NCBI GenBank assembly: GCA_963746845.1
Contig: CAVVCZ010000012.1
Coordinates: 1 to 58,670, forward strand
Reading direction: 5' to 3'
Length of the DNA stretch: 58,670 nucleotides
DNA from: an uncultured Chloroflexia bacterium
Lineage (GTDB): Bacteria > Chloroflexota > Limnocylindria > Limnocylindrales > CSP1-4
In this document: positions 20,006 through 29,423 of the stretch, piece by piece
How the letters are laid out: every line of letters begins with the position of its first letter
Position numbering within the stretch: the stretch's first letter is position 1
Position numbers and translations under genes: made by a program
The notes under the pieces: model-generated
Seen by the model: only the letters and a program-made list of their open reading frames with translations
What the model was told of the DNA's origin: nothing
Database searches by the model: none

Positions 20006-20908
20006 TCAGTCCCTCGTGGCCGCCTCGTCGCGATCGAGGCGGCCCGGCCGGAGGAGCAACCACGTCAGCCGCTTCCGAAGGCGGCGCGGGTGGTCCGGCG
20101 GATCAACGGTCCCTGGGTGGAGCTCCTCGACCACCGGACCGAGCACCCCCTCCAGGGCGGTGCTCAGCCGCCGGGCGAGGTCCATCTCTGCGCGCGTCCC
20201 GGGTTCCGGGACGACGCCGTCCCATTCGGGCCCAAGCAGTTCCGCCACGGACGTCATCGGCAGGACGCGGGACGCCATCCGTCGGCCGAGGTACAGCTCC
20301 TCCGTGCCGGCCATCGCGAACGGGACGATCGGCGCACCCGTCCGGAGCGCGATGACGGCCCAGCCGACGCGGAACGGGCCGATGTGCCCGGCGGGCCCGC
20401 TGACCGTGCCCTCGGGCATCTGGGCGAACACCGCCCGATTCGCGATGACCGCGCGCGCCGAGGCGACGTGCGAGTCAACGCCGATCCCGCCGCGCCAGAC
20501 CGGCAGCAGGCCGCCGACCCGGTGGACGAGCCGCTCACGCCACCGGGTCGTGAAGGTCGACGGGGCGCTCCCGAGGAACCAGACCCGCGGCTGGATCGGA
20601 AGGGCATGGACGACGAGGAACGGGTCCATCCAGCCGCGATGGGCCGCCCCGACGAGCAGATACCCGCCACGCGGCAGGTGCTCCTGGCCGGACGTCTCGA
20701 TCCGGAACCGGAACAGACCGAAGATGACGAACCGTCCGAACACGCGGACCGCGCGATAGAACAGCGACGCCTTCGCCTCCGGCGTCCGTCCGAGCCAGGC
20801 CAGCCCTTCGACGGCACCGCCGCGGGCGTCGGCCAACGCCTGCGGCGACAGGCGTCCCGGCGGCGGGCGGTGACGCGAGGGTGGAGTCGGCTCAGTGGCG
20901 GACGACAC
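20006..20908 (-). CDS. Lysophospholipid acyltransferase (PlsC family)
   Basis: AHRGWMD (HX4D), MPEGT, GAPIVP; GTG immediately after the lgt stop. Confidence 0.85.
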   Translation of the reverse strand: MSSATEPTPPSRHRPPPGRLSPQALADARGGAVEGLAWLGRTPEAKASLFYRAVRVFGRFVIFGLFRFRIETSGQEHLPRGGYLLVGAAHRGWMDPFLVVHALPIQPRVWFLGSAPSTFTTRWRERLVHRVGGLLPVWRGGIGVDSHVASARAVIANRAVFAQMPEGTVSGPAGHIGPFRVGWAVIALRTGAPIVPFAMAGTEELYLGRRMASRVLPMTSVAELLGPEWDGVVPEPGTRAEMDLARRLSTALEGVLGPVVEELHPGTVDPPDHPRRLRKRLTWLLLRPGRLDRDEAATRD

Positions 20909-20909
20909 G

Positions 20910-21998
20910 TCAGGTCGACGTCGGAGGGTCCGCTCCGTGACGGGGCCCGTCGTCGCCGTCGTCCCCGTCGGCGGGCTCGTCGGCAGGCTCGTCGTGATCC
21001 TCAGCCTCGTCGTCGTCGTCCCCGAGGTCGTCACCGTCGTCCTCGCCGTCGTCGAGGTCGTCGCCTTCGTCGCCCCCGTCGTCGGCCCAGAACGATTCCT
21101 CGTCGTCCTCCGGGGTGTGCCGCGCCCCATGGTCGGGCAGGAGGTCGGCGGCCGTCTGCGCCGGCCGTCCGGGCCCGTGCCGGTACCACAGCCCGACGAG
21201 GCCGACGAGGATGAAGCCGAGGGTCACGAGCTGTGCCGTCGGGATCCCGAAGAACGTCCAGTTGTCCCGACGCAGGTTCTCGAGCAGGAACCGGGTCGTC
21301 CCGTACCAGACGAGGAAGATCAGCAGCAGGTCGCCGGAGATCAGCTTCGACGACCACCGCCGGCCGAGCCAGATCAGGAACAGCGCGCCCAGGATCCCCG
21401 AGATCGACTCGTACAGGAACAGCGGGTGGAAGTGGGTCGTCTCGGGGAACCCCTGCGTGCAGAGATACCCCTCGATCCGATGGGCGCAGTCGATCCTGAT
21501 CCCCCACGGCAGGGTCGTCGGCGGCCCGTACAGCTCCTGGTTGAAGAAGTTCCCCCAGCGGCCGATCGCCTGCATGACGAACAGGCCCGGAGCGACGACG
21601 TCCGCCCACTGCGGGAAGCTCTGGTGCTTGTACCGGATGTACAGCCACGCGGCGATCGTCCCGGTGACGATCCCGCCGGGCACCCCGAGCCCGGTGAACC
21701 CGGCGAACGCCCAGGAGCCGTCGGGCTGGATCGTGATCGGCAGGAAGGCCGTGAGCGGGTGGGCCTGGTACAGCTGCCACTGGTCGATGACGTGGTACAG
21801 CCGGCCGCCGGCGAGGGCCGCGAGCGCGACGATGATCAGCCCCGTCCCGAGGATGCTCTCGTCCAGCCCGCGGAACCGCACTTCGCGGAGGATCACCCAG
21901 TAGACGGCGGCCAGGCCCACGGCATAGGCGATCCCGTACCAGTAGATCGGGAAGCCGAAGATCCGCAGGAAGACGGGATCCGGGGTGAAGTCGATCAT
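20910..21998 (-). CDS. lgt: Prolipoprotein diacylglyceryl transferase with an acidic C-terminal tail
   Basis: IYWYGI, GGRLYHV, QAIGRWGNFFNQELYG, HPLFLYES, YGTTRFLLENLR. Confidence 0.93.
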   Translation of the reverse strand: MIDFTPDPVFLRIFGFPIYWYGIAYAVGLAAVYWVILREVRFRGLDESILGTGLIIVALAALAGGRLYHVIDQWQLYQAHPLTAFLPITIQPDGSWAFAGFTGLGVPGGIVTGTIAAWLYIRYKHQSFPQWADVVAPGLFVMQAIGRWGNFFNQELYGPPTTLPWGIRIDCAHRIEGYLCTQGFPETTHFHPLFLYESISGILGALFLIWLGRRWSSKLISGDLLLIFLVWYGTTRFLLENLRRDNWTFFGIPTAQLVTLGFILVGLVGLWYRHGPGRPAQTAADLLPDHGARHTPEDDEESFWADDGGDEGDDLDDGEDDGDDLGDDDDEAEDHDEPADEPADGDDGDDGPRHGADPPTST

Positions 21999-22064
21999 GG
22001 CCCCGGAGTGTACGGGCTGACCGCGTCGGCGCGACCGACGGCCCGTTCCCTGTACTCTCGCCGG

Positions 22065-22493
22065 GTGAACGCGGAGTTCAACTGGTGGCTGCTGATCGTC
22101 GGTCTGGTGATCGGGGCCGGGCTGATCTGGCTGGTCCTTGCCGACAGCTCACGGCGCGAGGTCGACATCACGACCCGGGAGCGGGCGGGTGAGGCGCGCT
22201 GGATCGGGGAGGAGCTCCGTCGCGCGGGGCGGACGGTCTCCGACGAGGACGTCGCAGAGGTTCTCGACCTCCACGGCGCCTATCTGGCGGCGCCGCCGCC
22301 GGACACGGAGCTCGAGAACGAGCCACCGCTGACGGACGACGATCCCGCCACGGAGCACACCCACTGGACCCCGAACCCGGATCCGTGGGTGTCCGTGCCG
22401 CCATCGAGCGGCGGAGCGACGCTCCCCCAGCGTCATCCCGCGGGCGGGCCAGGCGGATCGACCCGGAGCGACGGGGACGGCCTGCCCGTCTGA
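22065..22493 (+). CDS. Single-TM membrane protein, function unknown
   Basis: GTG 22065 gives MNAEFNWWLLIVGLVIGAGLIWLVLAD...; TACTCT lies 6 nt upstream. Confidence 0.7.
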   Translation: MNAEFNWWLLIVGLVIGAGLIWLVLADSSRREVDITTRERAGEARWIGEELRRAGRTVSDEDVAEVLDLHGAYLAAPPPDTELENEPPLTDDDPATEHTHWTPNPDPWVSVPPSSGGATLPQRHPAGGPGGSTRSDGDGLPV

Positions 22494-22499
22494 CGGCGC

Positions 22500-23373
22500 T
22501 CAGCTGACGCCGGTCAGGACCTGCTGGCCGGGCGACCCCGGCGACGCGAGATCGATCAGGGACACCCCGAACGTGGCGTCCTCCGGCAGACCGCTGACCT
22601 CGGGCACGTCGCCGACCCAGTAGGCCAGGTCGCCCCCGAAGAACATCTTCCCGATCGGGATCCGCTTGCCGCCGACCTCCACCCAGCAGCGGTACTCCTT
22701 GCCCGCGGGCGGTGGGGCGAGCTGGTCGGAGACGACCACGAGCTCCTTGCTGGACGGCGAGTACAGCAGCGTCCCGGTCGTCGGCTCCCCGGTCGTGCTC
22801 GCGAGCGCGACCCGCTCGGTGTCGGGCCTGGCGGTGACCCGGAGCGTCCAGCGGGCGACGTCGCCGAGCGCTTCGATCTCGGCGGTCTGACCGCGCACGA
22901 CGGAGGCCTGGCCCGCGTTCATCACGAGGCCCGTCCCGACGACGGCGAGGACGAAGACGGCGGCCAGCGCGGCGAGGGTCCGCCACGGGACGCGCGAGCG
23001 CCGGGCGGTCGAATCGGCCGACCCGGCGAGCGATCGGAATCGGAACCTGTGCGGACATCGCGGCCGACGCGGCCATCGAGCCGACCCCATCCGCGACAGC
23101 GGGCCCGCGCGGACGACCCAGCGCCGTCACGTAGTCGAGCGTCCGCTGGCGCAGCTCCGGCGGCGGCACGGCCTGGACCGCGGGCCGGATGACGCCGACC
23201 GTCAGCCGGAGCCGGTCGAGCTCTTCGGTGCATTCCGGGCAGCCGGCGAGATGACCCGCCACCAGCGCCGCGTTCGGCGTGTCGCCGGCCATCAGTCGCT
23301 CGAGCCCGCCCGGTTCGACCGCGGCGTCCTCGAGCAGCTCCCGTACCTCGTTGTGATCCATCGCTCCCATCAT
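22500..23373 (-). CDS. Zinc-finger anti-sigma factor (RskA-like); frameshifted around 23000-23040
   Basis: The N-terminal frame has GHLAGCPEC (Hx3Cx2C) and PPPELRQRTL. The second frame has a TM and an RskA-like domain (LAPPPAGKEYRCW...FGVSL). ATGA overlap with the sigma stop. Confidence 0.8.
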
Positions 23374-24044
23374 TCGTTCTCGCCGATCGGCACCGGGATC
23401 GGCGCCCGGCTCACTGACGGCCCCAGCTCGTCGGCCAGCGCCTCCCGCAGCCGGAGCAGAGCCCGTCGCGTCCGTGTCTTCACTGTCCCGAGTGGCCATC
23501 CCAGCCGCTCGGCGATCTCGGTCTGCGTCAGCTCCTCGCGATAGGCGAGGACGATCGCCGTTCGCTCGGACTCGGGCAGCTCCGCCAGGGCGTCCCGCAG
23601 GACCTGTCGAAGCTCGGCCGCGGCCAGCTCACCCTCCGGGCCGAGGCCGACCGTCGCGCCACCGAGCACCGTCCCGGTCCCCACGAGCCGGTCGAGGGCT
23701 GCCGCGTCCTGCTCGTCCTCGCCACTCGCGGCCGAGAGCGGGATGAGGTTCGGTCGCCGACCCGCTGCCCGCAGCCGGTCGACGGTCCGGTTCCGGGCGA
23801 TCGTATGGAGCCATGCCGCGAGCGATCCCACCCGCGGGTCGAACAGCTCGGCCCGGTTCCACAGGGCGAGAAACGTCTCCTGGACCACCTCCTCGGCGAC
23901 TTGCCGATCCGCGGTCAACCGGCTGGCCGTCGCGTACACCGCGTCGACGTGACGGTCATAGATCTCGGCCAGCGCAGTCGGCGACCCCGCCACGAGCTCG
24001 CGCACGAGGGCGGCGTCGTCGACCGGCTGACCGTTCTCTGCCAC
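23370..24044 (-). CDS. ECF sigma factor (SigK-like)
   Basis: ALAEIYDRH, AEEVVQETFLALW, WLHTIARNRTVDRLR, LTQTEIAERLGWPLGTVKTRTRRAL. Confidence 0.92.
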   Translation of the reverse strand: MAENGQPVDDAALVRELVAGSPTALAEIYDRHVDAVYATASRLTADRQVAEEVVQETFLALWNRAELFDPRVGSLAAWLHTIARNRTVDRLRAAGRRPNLIPLSAASGEDEQDAAALDRLVGTGTVLGGATVGLGPEGELAAAELRQVLRDALAELPESERTAIVLAYREELTQTEIAERLGWPLGTVKTRTRRALLRLREALADELGPSVSRAPIPVPIGENE

Positions 24045-24046
24045 GG

Positions 24047-24538
24047 TTACGCGCGCCGCGGCCCGTCGGTTTCGACCGCGACATGCAGCGGTCGCCGCTC
24101 GAAGCCGGTCGAGAGGACGACGTCGGTCTCGGTCTGGAACACGTTCGGCGTCGCCTGGACCTGACGGAGGACCCGCTCGAGATCGAGCGTGTCGCGGGCG
24201 CGGACCTTGATCAGGTAGTCCGCCTGGCCGGAGATGTGGTGGCATTCCTCGATCTCCGGGATCGCGCCGAACGCGTCCGTGAGGTCGTGACTCGTGGTCC
24301 CCGGCGCCTGGGTGATCCAGCTGAAGGCGAGGATGTCGAACCCGAGCGCGCGCGGGTCGACCGTCGCGGCGTAGCCCGTGATGATCCCGCGCGCCTCGAG
24401 CTTCTTCACCCGCTCGTGGGCGGACGGCCCGGTCATCCCGGCCTCCGCGCCGAGGTCCGCGTAGGGCCGCCGACCGTCGCGCTGGAGGATCGCCAGGATC
24501 TTCCCGTCGTTGGTGCTGATCCGTTCGGCTTGGGGCAT
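24047..24538 (-). CDS. Lrp/AsnC-family transcriptional regulator
   Basis: DGKILAILQRDGRRPYADLG...ERVKKLEARGIITGY...ECHHISGQADYLIKV. Confidence 0.93.
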   Translation of the reverse strand: MPQAERISTNDGKILAILQRDGRRPYADLGAEAGMTGPSAHERVKKLEARGIITGYAATVDPRALGFDILAFSWITQAPGTTSHDLTDAFGAIPEIEECHHISGQADYLIKVRARDTLDLERVLRQVQATPNVFQTETDVVLSTGFERRPLHVAVETDGPRRA

Positions 24539-24565
24539 ATAGTCCCTATTCGTCAGGCTGCAGGC

Positions 24566-24594
24566 TTGTCGAGTCGCTGTTTGTAAGGTAGTAT
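24566..24594 (+). promoter_or_regulatory. Sigma70-type promoter TTGTCG-N17-TAGTAT
   Basis: Near-consensus boxes with 17-nt spacing in an AT-enriched gap, divergent from the Lrp gene. Confidence 0.65.
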
Positions 24595-24679
24595 GGCCAC
24601 ATCAGACCTTGATTGCCGGTCCGCCGCACCCAGCGGCGGGATCCATCGATCCACGGCGATCACGCAGCGGAGGACCACG

Positions 24680-24811
24680 ATGTTCGCGTTTGGACTCGCG
24701 TTCCTGGCGCTGTTCTCAGTGCTCAGCACCGTGCTGGGCAACGAGGATCCGCGCCGGAAGACGGACCCTCGGGACGAGCTCTACTTCTGGACCCGTCTCG
24801 GCGTCCGGTAA
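24680..24811 (+). CDS. Small membrane protein (43 aa)
   Basis: MFAFGLAFLALFSVLSTVLGNEDPRRKTDPRDELYFWTRLGVR; SD GGAGGA; flanked by a promoter and a terminator. Confidence 0.7.
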   Translation: MFAFGLAFLALFSVLSTVLGNEDPRRKTDPRDELYFWTRLGVR

Positions 24812-24833
24812 GTCCGGCTGGTTAGCCTACCCC

Positions 24834-24868
24834 ACGAGGCTCGGGACCCCAGTTCCCGGGCCTCGTTT
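24834..24868 (+). terminator. Intrinsic terminator after the small ORF
   Basis: ACGAGGCTCGGGA...TCCCGGGCCTCGT stem followed by T residues. Confidence 0.65.
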
Positions 24869-25088
24869 CGATTCAGCCCCGCTCGCGCTCGCGATCCCTG
24901 TCATTCGCCCATGGGCAGACCCTTAGGCGGCGAGCGGGCGCCTGAATCGCTGGAGCGCATCGCGAATCAGCCGCCGAAGGCTAACCCAGGGTCATTCCAA
25001 GAAGGATCAGAGCCGCACTTCGCGACTAACGGTCCCGTGGTGGTCAATTGACAGAAAAGGACCGGCGGGGAGGAGGGGCCCTCCGCGG

Positions 25089-26624
25089 TCAGCGCGCCTC
25101 CCACACGGCGCGCTCCCATGCGCGCGGGTCGGTGACGACCTCGGACGAGGTATCGAAGCGCATCGTCGCTCGGCGACCGAGCTCGTACTCGGGCCACCCC
25201 GGGTCTCCGCCCGTCATGAACGAGACCCACGCAGCGTGCATCGCGCTCGCGAGCCCCTGCGGCGGGCTGTCACCGAGCAGGTGGCCGACAAGCTGGCTCG
25301 AGCCGTGGTCGAGCATGTCGAAGACGAACGGAATCTCGAGGGCATGGCAGGCGCCGAACATCCCGTTCGCCACGGGCGAGCGCCAGGCGAACTCGTACAT
25401 GTGGGTGCGCGACGCGGTATCGAGGTGAGCCTCCGCCAGTCGGATCGCAGGGACGCGGCACCACCAGTCGGTCTGGATCGCTGCGAGCAGAACGCCAGGG
25501 GAGGCCTCAGGGTATGCGGCCCGATAGGCCGCCAGCGTGGGCTCGGCCGGGCGCCCGTACGCGGCGATGCTCCGGAACCCGTCGTCGGCCGCGGCGCCCG
25601 TGAGGATCGCGTCGGTGATCTGGTCCAGGGCGCCGGATGCGGCCAGGAACAACCGCCAGTCGTCCACGTTCGTCCCGACGAGGAGGTCGATGCCCGCGGC
25701 GGATCCGGCCCGAACGGCCTCGAGTGGTGGCGCGGGAAGGACCTCGCCGTCGACGACCGGATGGAACGGCATCGAGGTCGCCACGATCTCGGGGCCCCAT
25801 CGCTCCGGGTCCGGGTGCGCCGCGAGGTCGGCGCCAAGCTCGAGCTGCGCGGCGAGCATCCGCTCGACCGGCACCGCCGACATCGCATCGAGCGTCGGAG
25901 CCACTCCGAGGATGTTCGCGAGGATCCCGCCCATGCGGAGCGCCGTCGTCGCCGGCAGGACGTGATGGGCGGCCCCACTCTGCAGGATCGCCCGCCGGAA
26001 CAGTCCGCGGGCCCGGGGCATCCCGAGGAGCGTGCCGATGCTCATCGCGCCGGCCGATTCGCCGCACACGGTGACGTTGTCGGGATCGCCGCCGAAGGCG
26101 GCAATGTTCAGCCGGACCCAGTCGAGGGCGGCGATCTGATCGAGGATCCCGCGGTTCGCGACGGCGTCGCGGAGGTGGAGGAAGCCCTCCGCGCCGACCC
26201 GGTAGTTGAGCGCGACGCAGACCACCCCGTCACGCGCGAACCGACTGCCGTCGTACCAGGCCGCGGACTCGAACTGGAACGCGCCGCCGGTGATCCAGAC
26301 CATGACGGGTAGACCCGCCGACCCGACGTCCGGCGTCCAGATGTCGAGGTTCAGGCAGTCCTCACCAGGAACCGCGCCGCCGGACGGGATCAACCCGTCG
26401 GTGCCGCTGCCGGGCGGCAGCGGTTGCGGGGCGATCGACCCCTCCTCGAGGGCGTCGCGAACGCCCGACCACGGCTCGACCGGCTGCGGCTCGCGTAGTC
26501 GGTTCGGCCCGAACGGCGGGGCAGCGTACGGAATCCCCTTGAAGACCTGGACACCGCCCGCGTCGGCGCCGCGCACGCTCCCGTGGCGCGTGCCGACGAC
26601 GGTGGATGGAGAGACGGCGAACAC
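25089..26624 (-). CDS. Type-B carboxylesterase (pNB-esterase-like)
   Basis: FKGIPYAAPP, EDCLNLDIW, WITGGAF, FGGDPDNVT, GESAG, GACHALEIPFVF. Confidence 0.93.
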   Translation of the reverse strand: MFAVSPSTVVGTRHGSVRGADAGGVQVFKGIPYAAPPFGPNRLREPQPVEPWSGVRDALEEGSIAPQPLPPGSGTDGLIPSGGAVPGEDCLNLDIWTPDVGSAGLPVMVWITGGAFQFESAAWYDGSRFARDGVVCVALNYRVGAEGFLHLRDAVANRGILDQIAALDWVRLNIAAFGGDPDNVTVCGESAGAMSIGTLLGMPRARGLFRRAILQSGAAHHVLPATTALRMGGILANILGVAPTLDAMSAVPVERMLAAQLELGADLAAHPDPERWGPEIVATSMPFHPVVDGEVLPAPPLEAVRAGSAAGIDLLVGTNVDDWRLFLAASGALDQITDAILTGAAADDGFRSIAAYGRPAEPTLAAYRAAYPEASPGVLLAAIQTDWWCRVPAIRLAEAHLDTASRTHMYEFAWRSPVANGMFGACHALEIPFVFDMLDHGSSQLVGHLLGDSPPQGLASAMHAAWVSFMTGGDPGWPEYELGRRATMRFDTSSEVVTDPRAWERAVWEAR

Positions 26625-26652
26625 GAGGGACCCCCTTTCCTGCGGCAGACGC

Positions 26653-27834
26653 CTACGCCACCTCGCGGAACAGCTCGTACCACGCGAGATAGCTCCTGCC
26701 GATCTCGCGAGCGATCCGCCGGGGCGAAGCGCCGCCCGGCATCTTCAGGTGGCGCATGCCGAGCTCTGCGTACGTGGCCCCGGCCCGCCCGGCCAGGGCG
26801 GACCACAGGCGGCGCGATTCCCCGACCGGGATCACGTGATCGAACCGGTCGTGGACCAACATGATCCGGCGTGCCCGGATCTCGGTGACGTAGGACATCG
26901 GTGACATGGTCGTCAGGAACGCCTGCGCGGACGGCGGCAGCGCCCGGAGCGCGCCATCGATGTCGCCGGCGTCGGCACGCAGGAGTCGCAGGGCGGCGCG
27001 TCCGTCGTCGGACAGTTCGCCGGCGTCGACCGGACGAGCCGGACGGTGGACGATCGCGGTCCGTGAATCGTTCCAGGCGATCCGGTCCTCGAACGCTGCG
27101 GTCAGCAGCTGTGCCTCGTCCGGTCGCAGCCAGTCCGTGATGACGTGGGCGTAGGTCTTCCAGGTCAGCGGGTCGACCTCCCATGGCTCCCGCACATCGC
27201 CGAGCGCTCGGGTCCCGCTCGCGATGTCGACCGCGAACGTCCGCATCGAGGAATACGGCGCGTAGACGAAGACGAACCTGACCCGGTCGCGGATGGCCGG
27301 GTTCGCGGCCGCCATCAAGGCGAACGAACCGCCGATGCAGATGCCCAGGAAGCCGGACCGCCCGGGGTCGACGGACGGCTGCTCGATCAGCGTCTCGTAG
27401 GCGGCGACGAGCTCGGAGATGTCGGCAGGCTCGAGGCGGAGATCGCGCATCGCCGGGGACCAATACAGGAGCGCGGCGAAGCCGGCTCGGGCGAGCGCCT
27501 CGCCCATCTGGGCCACCCGAGGATCGATCGCACCCGTCGGATTGATCCCGAAGGTCGCGACGACACCGGGATGGGGACCACGGGACGGCGGCCGGTACAG
27601 CTCGACCTCGATCGCCCCCGCCTTCGTCGGCACCGAGACCTTTTCGACGACCGGGCGAGCCGTCACCCAGTCGACGGGCTTGATCGCCCGCGGAAACATC
27701 TTGAGGACGAAGATCGCCGTCCGGAGCCTCGCCCGGACGACGGCAGGCGGGCCGAGGTGCTCGGAGCCGGCCCGTCGGCCGTCAAGCCAACGGGCATGTC
27801 GAGCGTGAGCCCTGCGCGATGTGAAGATCGACAT
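26653..27834 (-). CDS. Alpha/beta-hydrolase-fold protein with a Cys nucleophile (dienelactone-hydrolase-like)
   Basis: SGFLGICIGGSFAL (GxCxG), HDRFDHVIP, late His in GMRH. Confidence 0.7.
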   Translation of the reverse strand: MSIFTSRRAHARHARWLDGRRAGSEHLGPPAVVRARLRTAIFVLKMFPRAIKPVDWVTARPVVEKVSVPTKAGAIEVELYRPPSRGPHPGVVATFGINPTGAIDPRVAQMGEALARAGFAALLYWSPAMRDLRLEPADISELVAAYETLIEQPSVDPGRSGFLGICIGGSFALMAAANPAIRDRVRFVFVYAPYSSMRTFAVDIASGTRALGDVREPWEVDPLTWKTYAHVITDWLRPDEAQLLTAAFEDRIAWNDSRTAIVHRPARPVDAGELSDDGRAALRLLRADAGDIDGALRALPPSAQAFLTTMSPMSYVTEIRARRIMLVHDRFDHVIPVGESRRLWSALAGRAGATYAELGMRHLKMPGGASPRRIAREIGRSYLAWYELFREVA

Positions 27835-27949
27835 GTGGTCGCCCTGGTCCCGGTGTCATCAAGGATCGGTGGACGAGCGCGGGGTGGGCTAGAGCCAGTC
27901 GGCCCGTGGCGGGGGGATCAGGTGGACTGGCGTCCCCGACGGGTTCGAA

Positions 27950-28261
27950 CTACCACTCGCCGTCGGCGCGTCGTGCGGGCCCGGACAGGCGGCCCGCCGG
28001 CAGGTGGGCTTCCCAGCACGTGACGCCGGAACCGCCGACAACCGCATCGTGCCGGGTGCCGGCAGGCAGCTCCAGACGGTCGCCCGTCGCGAGGGCGATC
28101 GAAGAACCTTCGTCGGGCAGCCCGAACGTGATCGAGCCGCGCTCGACGACGATCACCTTGTCGTAGCCGTGGTCGTGGGCGCCGTATCGATCGCCCGGGC
28201 CGTTCGACCAGGGCGACGGGTCGAGGCCCTCGGCGCGCAGCCGCTCGACGACGTCGGGCAC
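27950..28261 (-). CDS. Cupin-domain protein
   Basis: YGAHDHGYDK...GDRLELPAGTRHDA. Confidence 0.85.
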   Translation of the reverse strand: MPDVVERLRAEGLDPSPWSNGPGDRYGAHDHGYDKVIVVERGSITFGLPDEGSSIALATGDRLELPAGTRHDAVVGGSGVTCWEAHLPAGRLSGPARRADGEW

Positions 28262-28263
28262 GA

Positions 28264-29388
28264 TCAGGCCGCGACCGACACGCCGATCAGCGACCCGACG
28301 ACGAACGTGACGATCGCCGCCGCCGCGCCGATCCCGACCTGGCGCAACCCCGAGAAGAGCACCCCGCGCCCGGTCAGGAGGCTGACCCCCGCGCCGACCG
28401 CGAAAAGCGCGATGAGGCTCAGCACGATCGACACGACGAACGCGGACACGCCGGTGATCAGCAGGTACGGCAGGACCGGGATGAACGCCCCGATGGCGAA
28501 CGCGAGGAACGACCCACCCGCGGCGCTCAGCGGCGACCCCAGCTCGTCGGGGTCGAGGCCCAGCTCCTCCCGGATCAGCTGGTCGAGCGCATGCTCCGGG
28601 TTCTCGAACAGGCGGTGGGCGATCGCCTTCGCCTCGTCCTCCGGGAAGCCCTTCGCCCGGTAGAGGGCGGCCATCTCCGCCTCCTCCTCTTCGGGCATCG
28701 CCTCCATCTCGGCCCGCTCGAGCGCAATCTGACGCTCGAACAGCTCGCGCTGGCTCTGCATCGAGATGTACTCGCCGGCGGCCATGCTGAAGGCGCCGGC
28801 GAGCAGCCCCGCGACGCCGGCGAGGACGATGAACGAGCTCTGGTCGCGGGCGGCGCCCGCGACGCCCATCACCAGCGCCAGGTTCGAGACGAGGCCGTCG
28901 CTGACCCCGAAGATCACCGCCCGCAAGGTGCCCGACCGACCGGACCGGTGCCAGCGTTCGCGGGTCGCGATCTCCACGCCCGGTGTCGCGTCCGGGTTCT
29001 TCAGTCGCCGCCAGATCTCGGCGTGCTCGCGCTCATCGGCGGCGATCGCCTCGACCTCCGGCGAGGTCTGCTCGCCGTAGATCTCCTCCTCATCGCCCTC
29101 GAGCGCGGTCACGAGGTCGCTGACCGCCGCGGTCCCGAACAGCCGGGCGAGCAGCACGATCACCGCCACCCGGGAGCGCGGCCGGGTGGGAGCAGGCGGG
29201 ACATCCGCGCCGGACGCGGTCAGCTTCGACGCCCAGATGTCGGCGTGACGGCGCTCGTTCGCCGCGATCCGCCGGAATGCGTTCGCCCGGGCGGGGTCCT
29301 TCTCGATGCCCGCGAGCGCGTCATAGAGGAGGATCGCGTCGCGCTCGAGGCGCAGGTTGGCCAGGCTCTGGGTCGCATCCGGGGTCAT
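28264..29388 (-). CDS. VIT1/CCC1 iron/manganese transporter with an N-terminal ferritin/rubrerythrin-like domain
   Basis: ERRH and EREH (ExxH) motifs; FGVSDGLVSN, AGAFSMAAGEYISMQSQ, REELGLDP. ATG 29388. Confidence 0.92.
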   Translation of the reverse strand: MTPDATQSLANLRLERDAILLYDALAGIEKDPARANAFRRIAANERRHADIWASKLTASGADVPPAPTRPRSRVAVIVLLARLFGTAAVSDLVTALEGDEEEIYGEQTSPEVEAIAADEREHAEIWRRLKNPDATPGVEIATRERWHRSGRSGTLRAVIFGVSDGLVSNLALVMGVAGAARDQSSFIVLAGVAGLLAGAFSMAAGEYISMQSQRELFERQIALERAEMEAMPEEEEAEMAALYRAKGFPEDEAKAIAHRLFENPEHALDQLIREELGLDPDELGSPLSAAGGSFLAFAIGAFIPVLPYLLITGVSAFVVSIVLSLIALFAVGAGVSLLTGRGVLFSGLRQVGIGAAAAIVTFVVGSLIGVSVAA

Positions 29389-29423
29389 GGCTCGCATCCT
29401 ACCCGGCGCTAGACTCGATCCGA
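29388..29423. promoter_or_regulatory. Back-to-back leaderless-type promoters (TAGGAT on -, TAGACT on +)
   Basis: Each -10 hexamer lies 7 nt before its ATG, there is no SD, and the hexamers are 8 bp apart. Confidence 0.65.

Noticed and set aside
24812-24885. Resemblance to a c-di-AMP (ydaO) riboswitch on the minus strand (GCTGAATC...GGGAAC.GGGG...GCTAAC)
   Set aside because: Too short, it lacks the CCCGAACCCGTCAG core, and it is explained by the plus-strand terminator.
24818-25030. Integron attC sites suggested by GTTAG/CTAAC motifs
   Set aside because: The motifs do not fit RYYYAAC...GTTRRRY order and spacing, and there is no integrase or cassette array.
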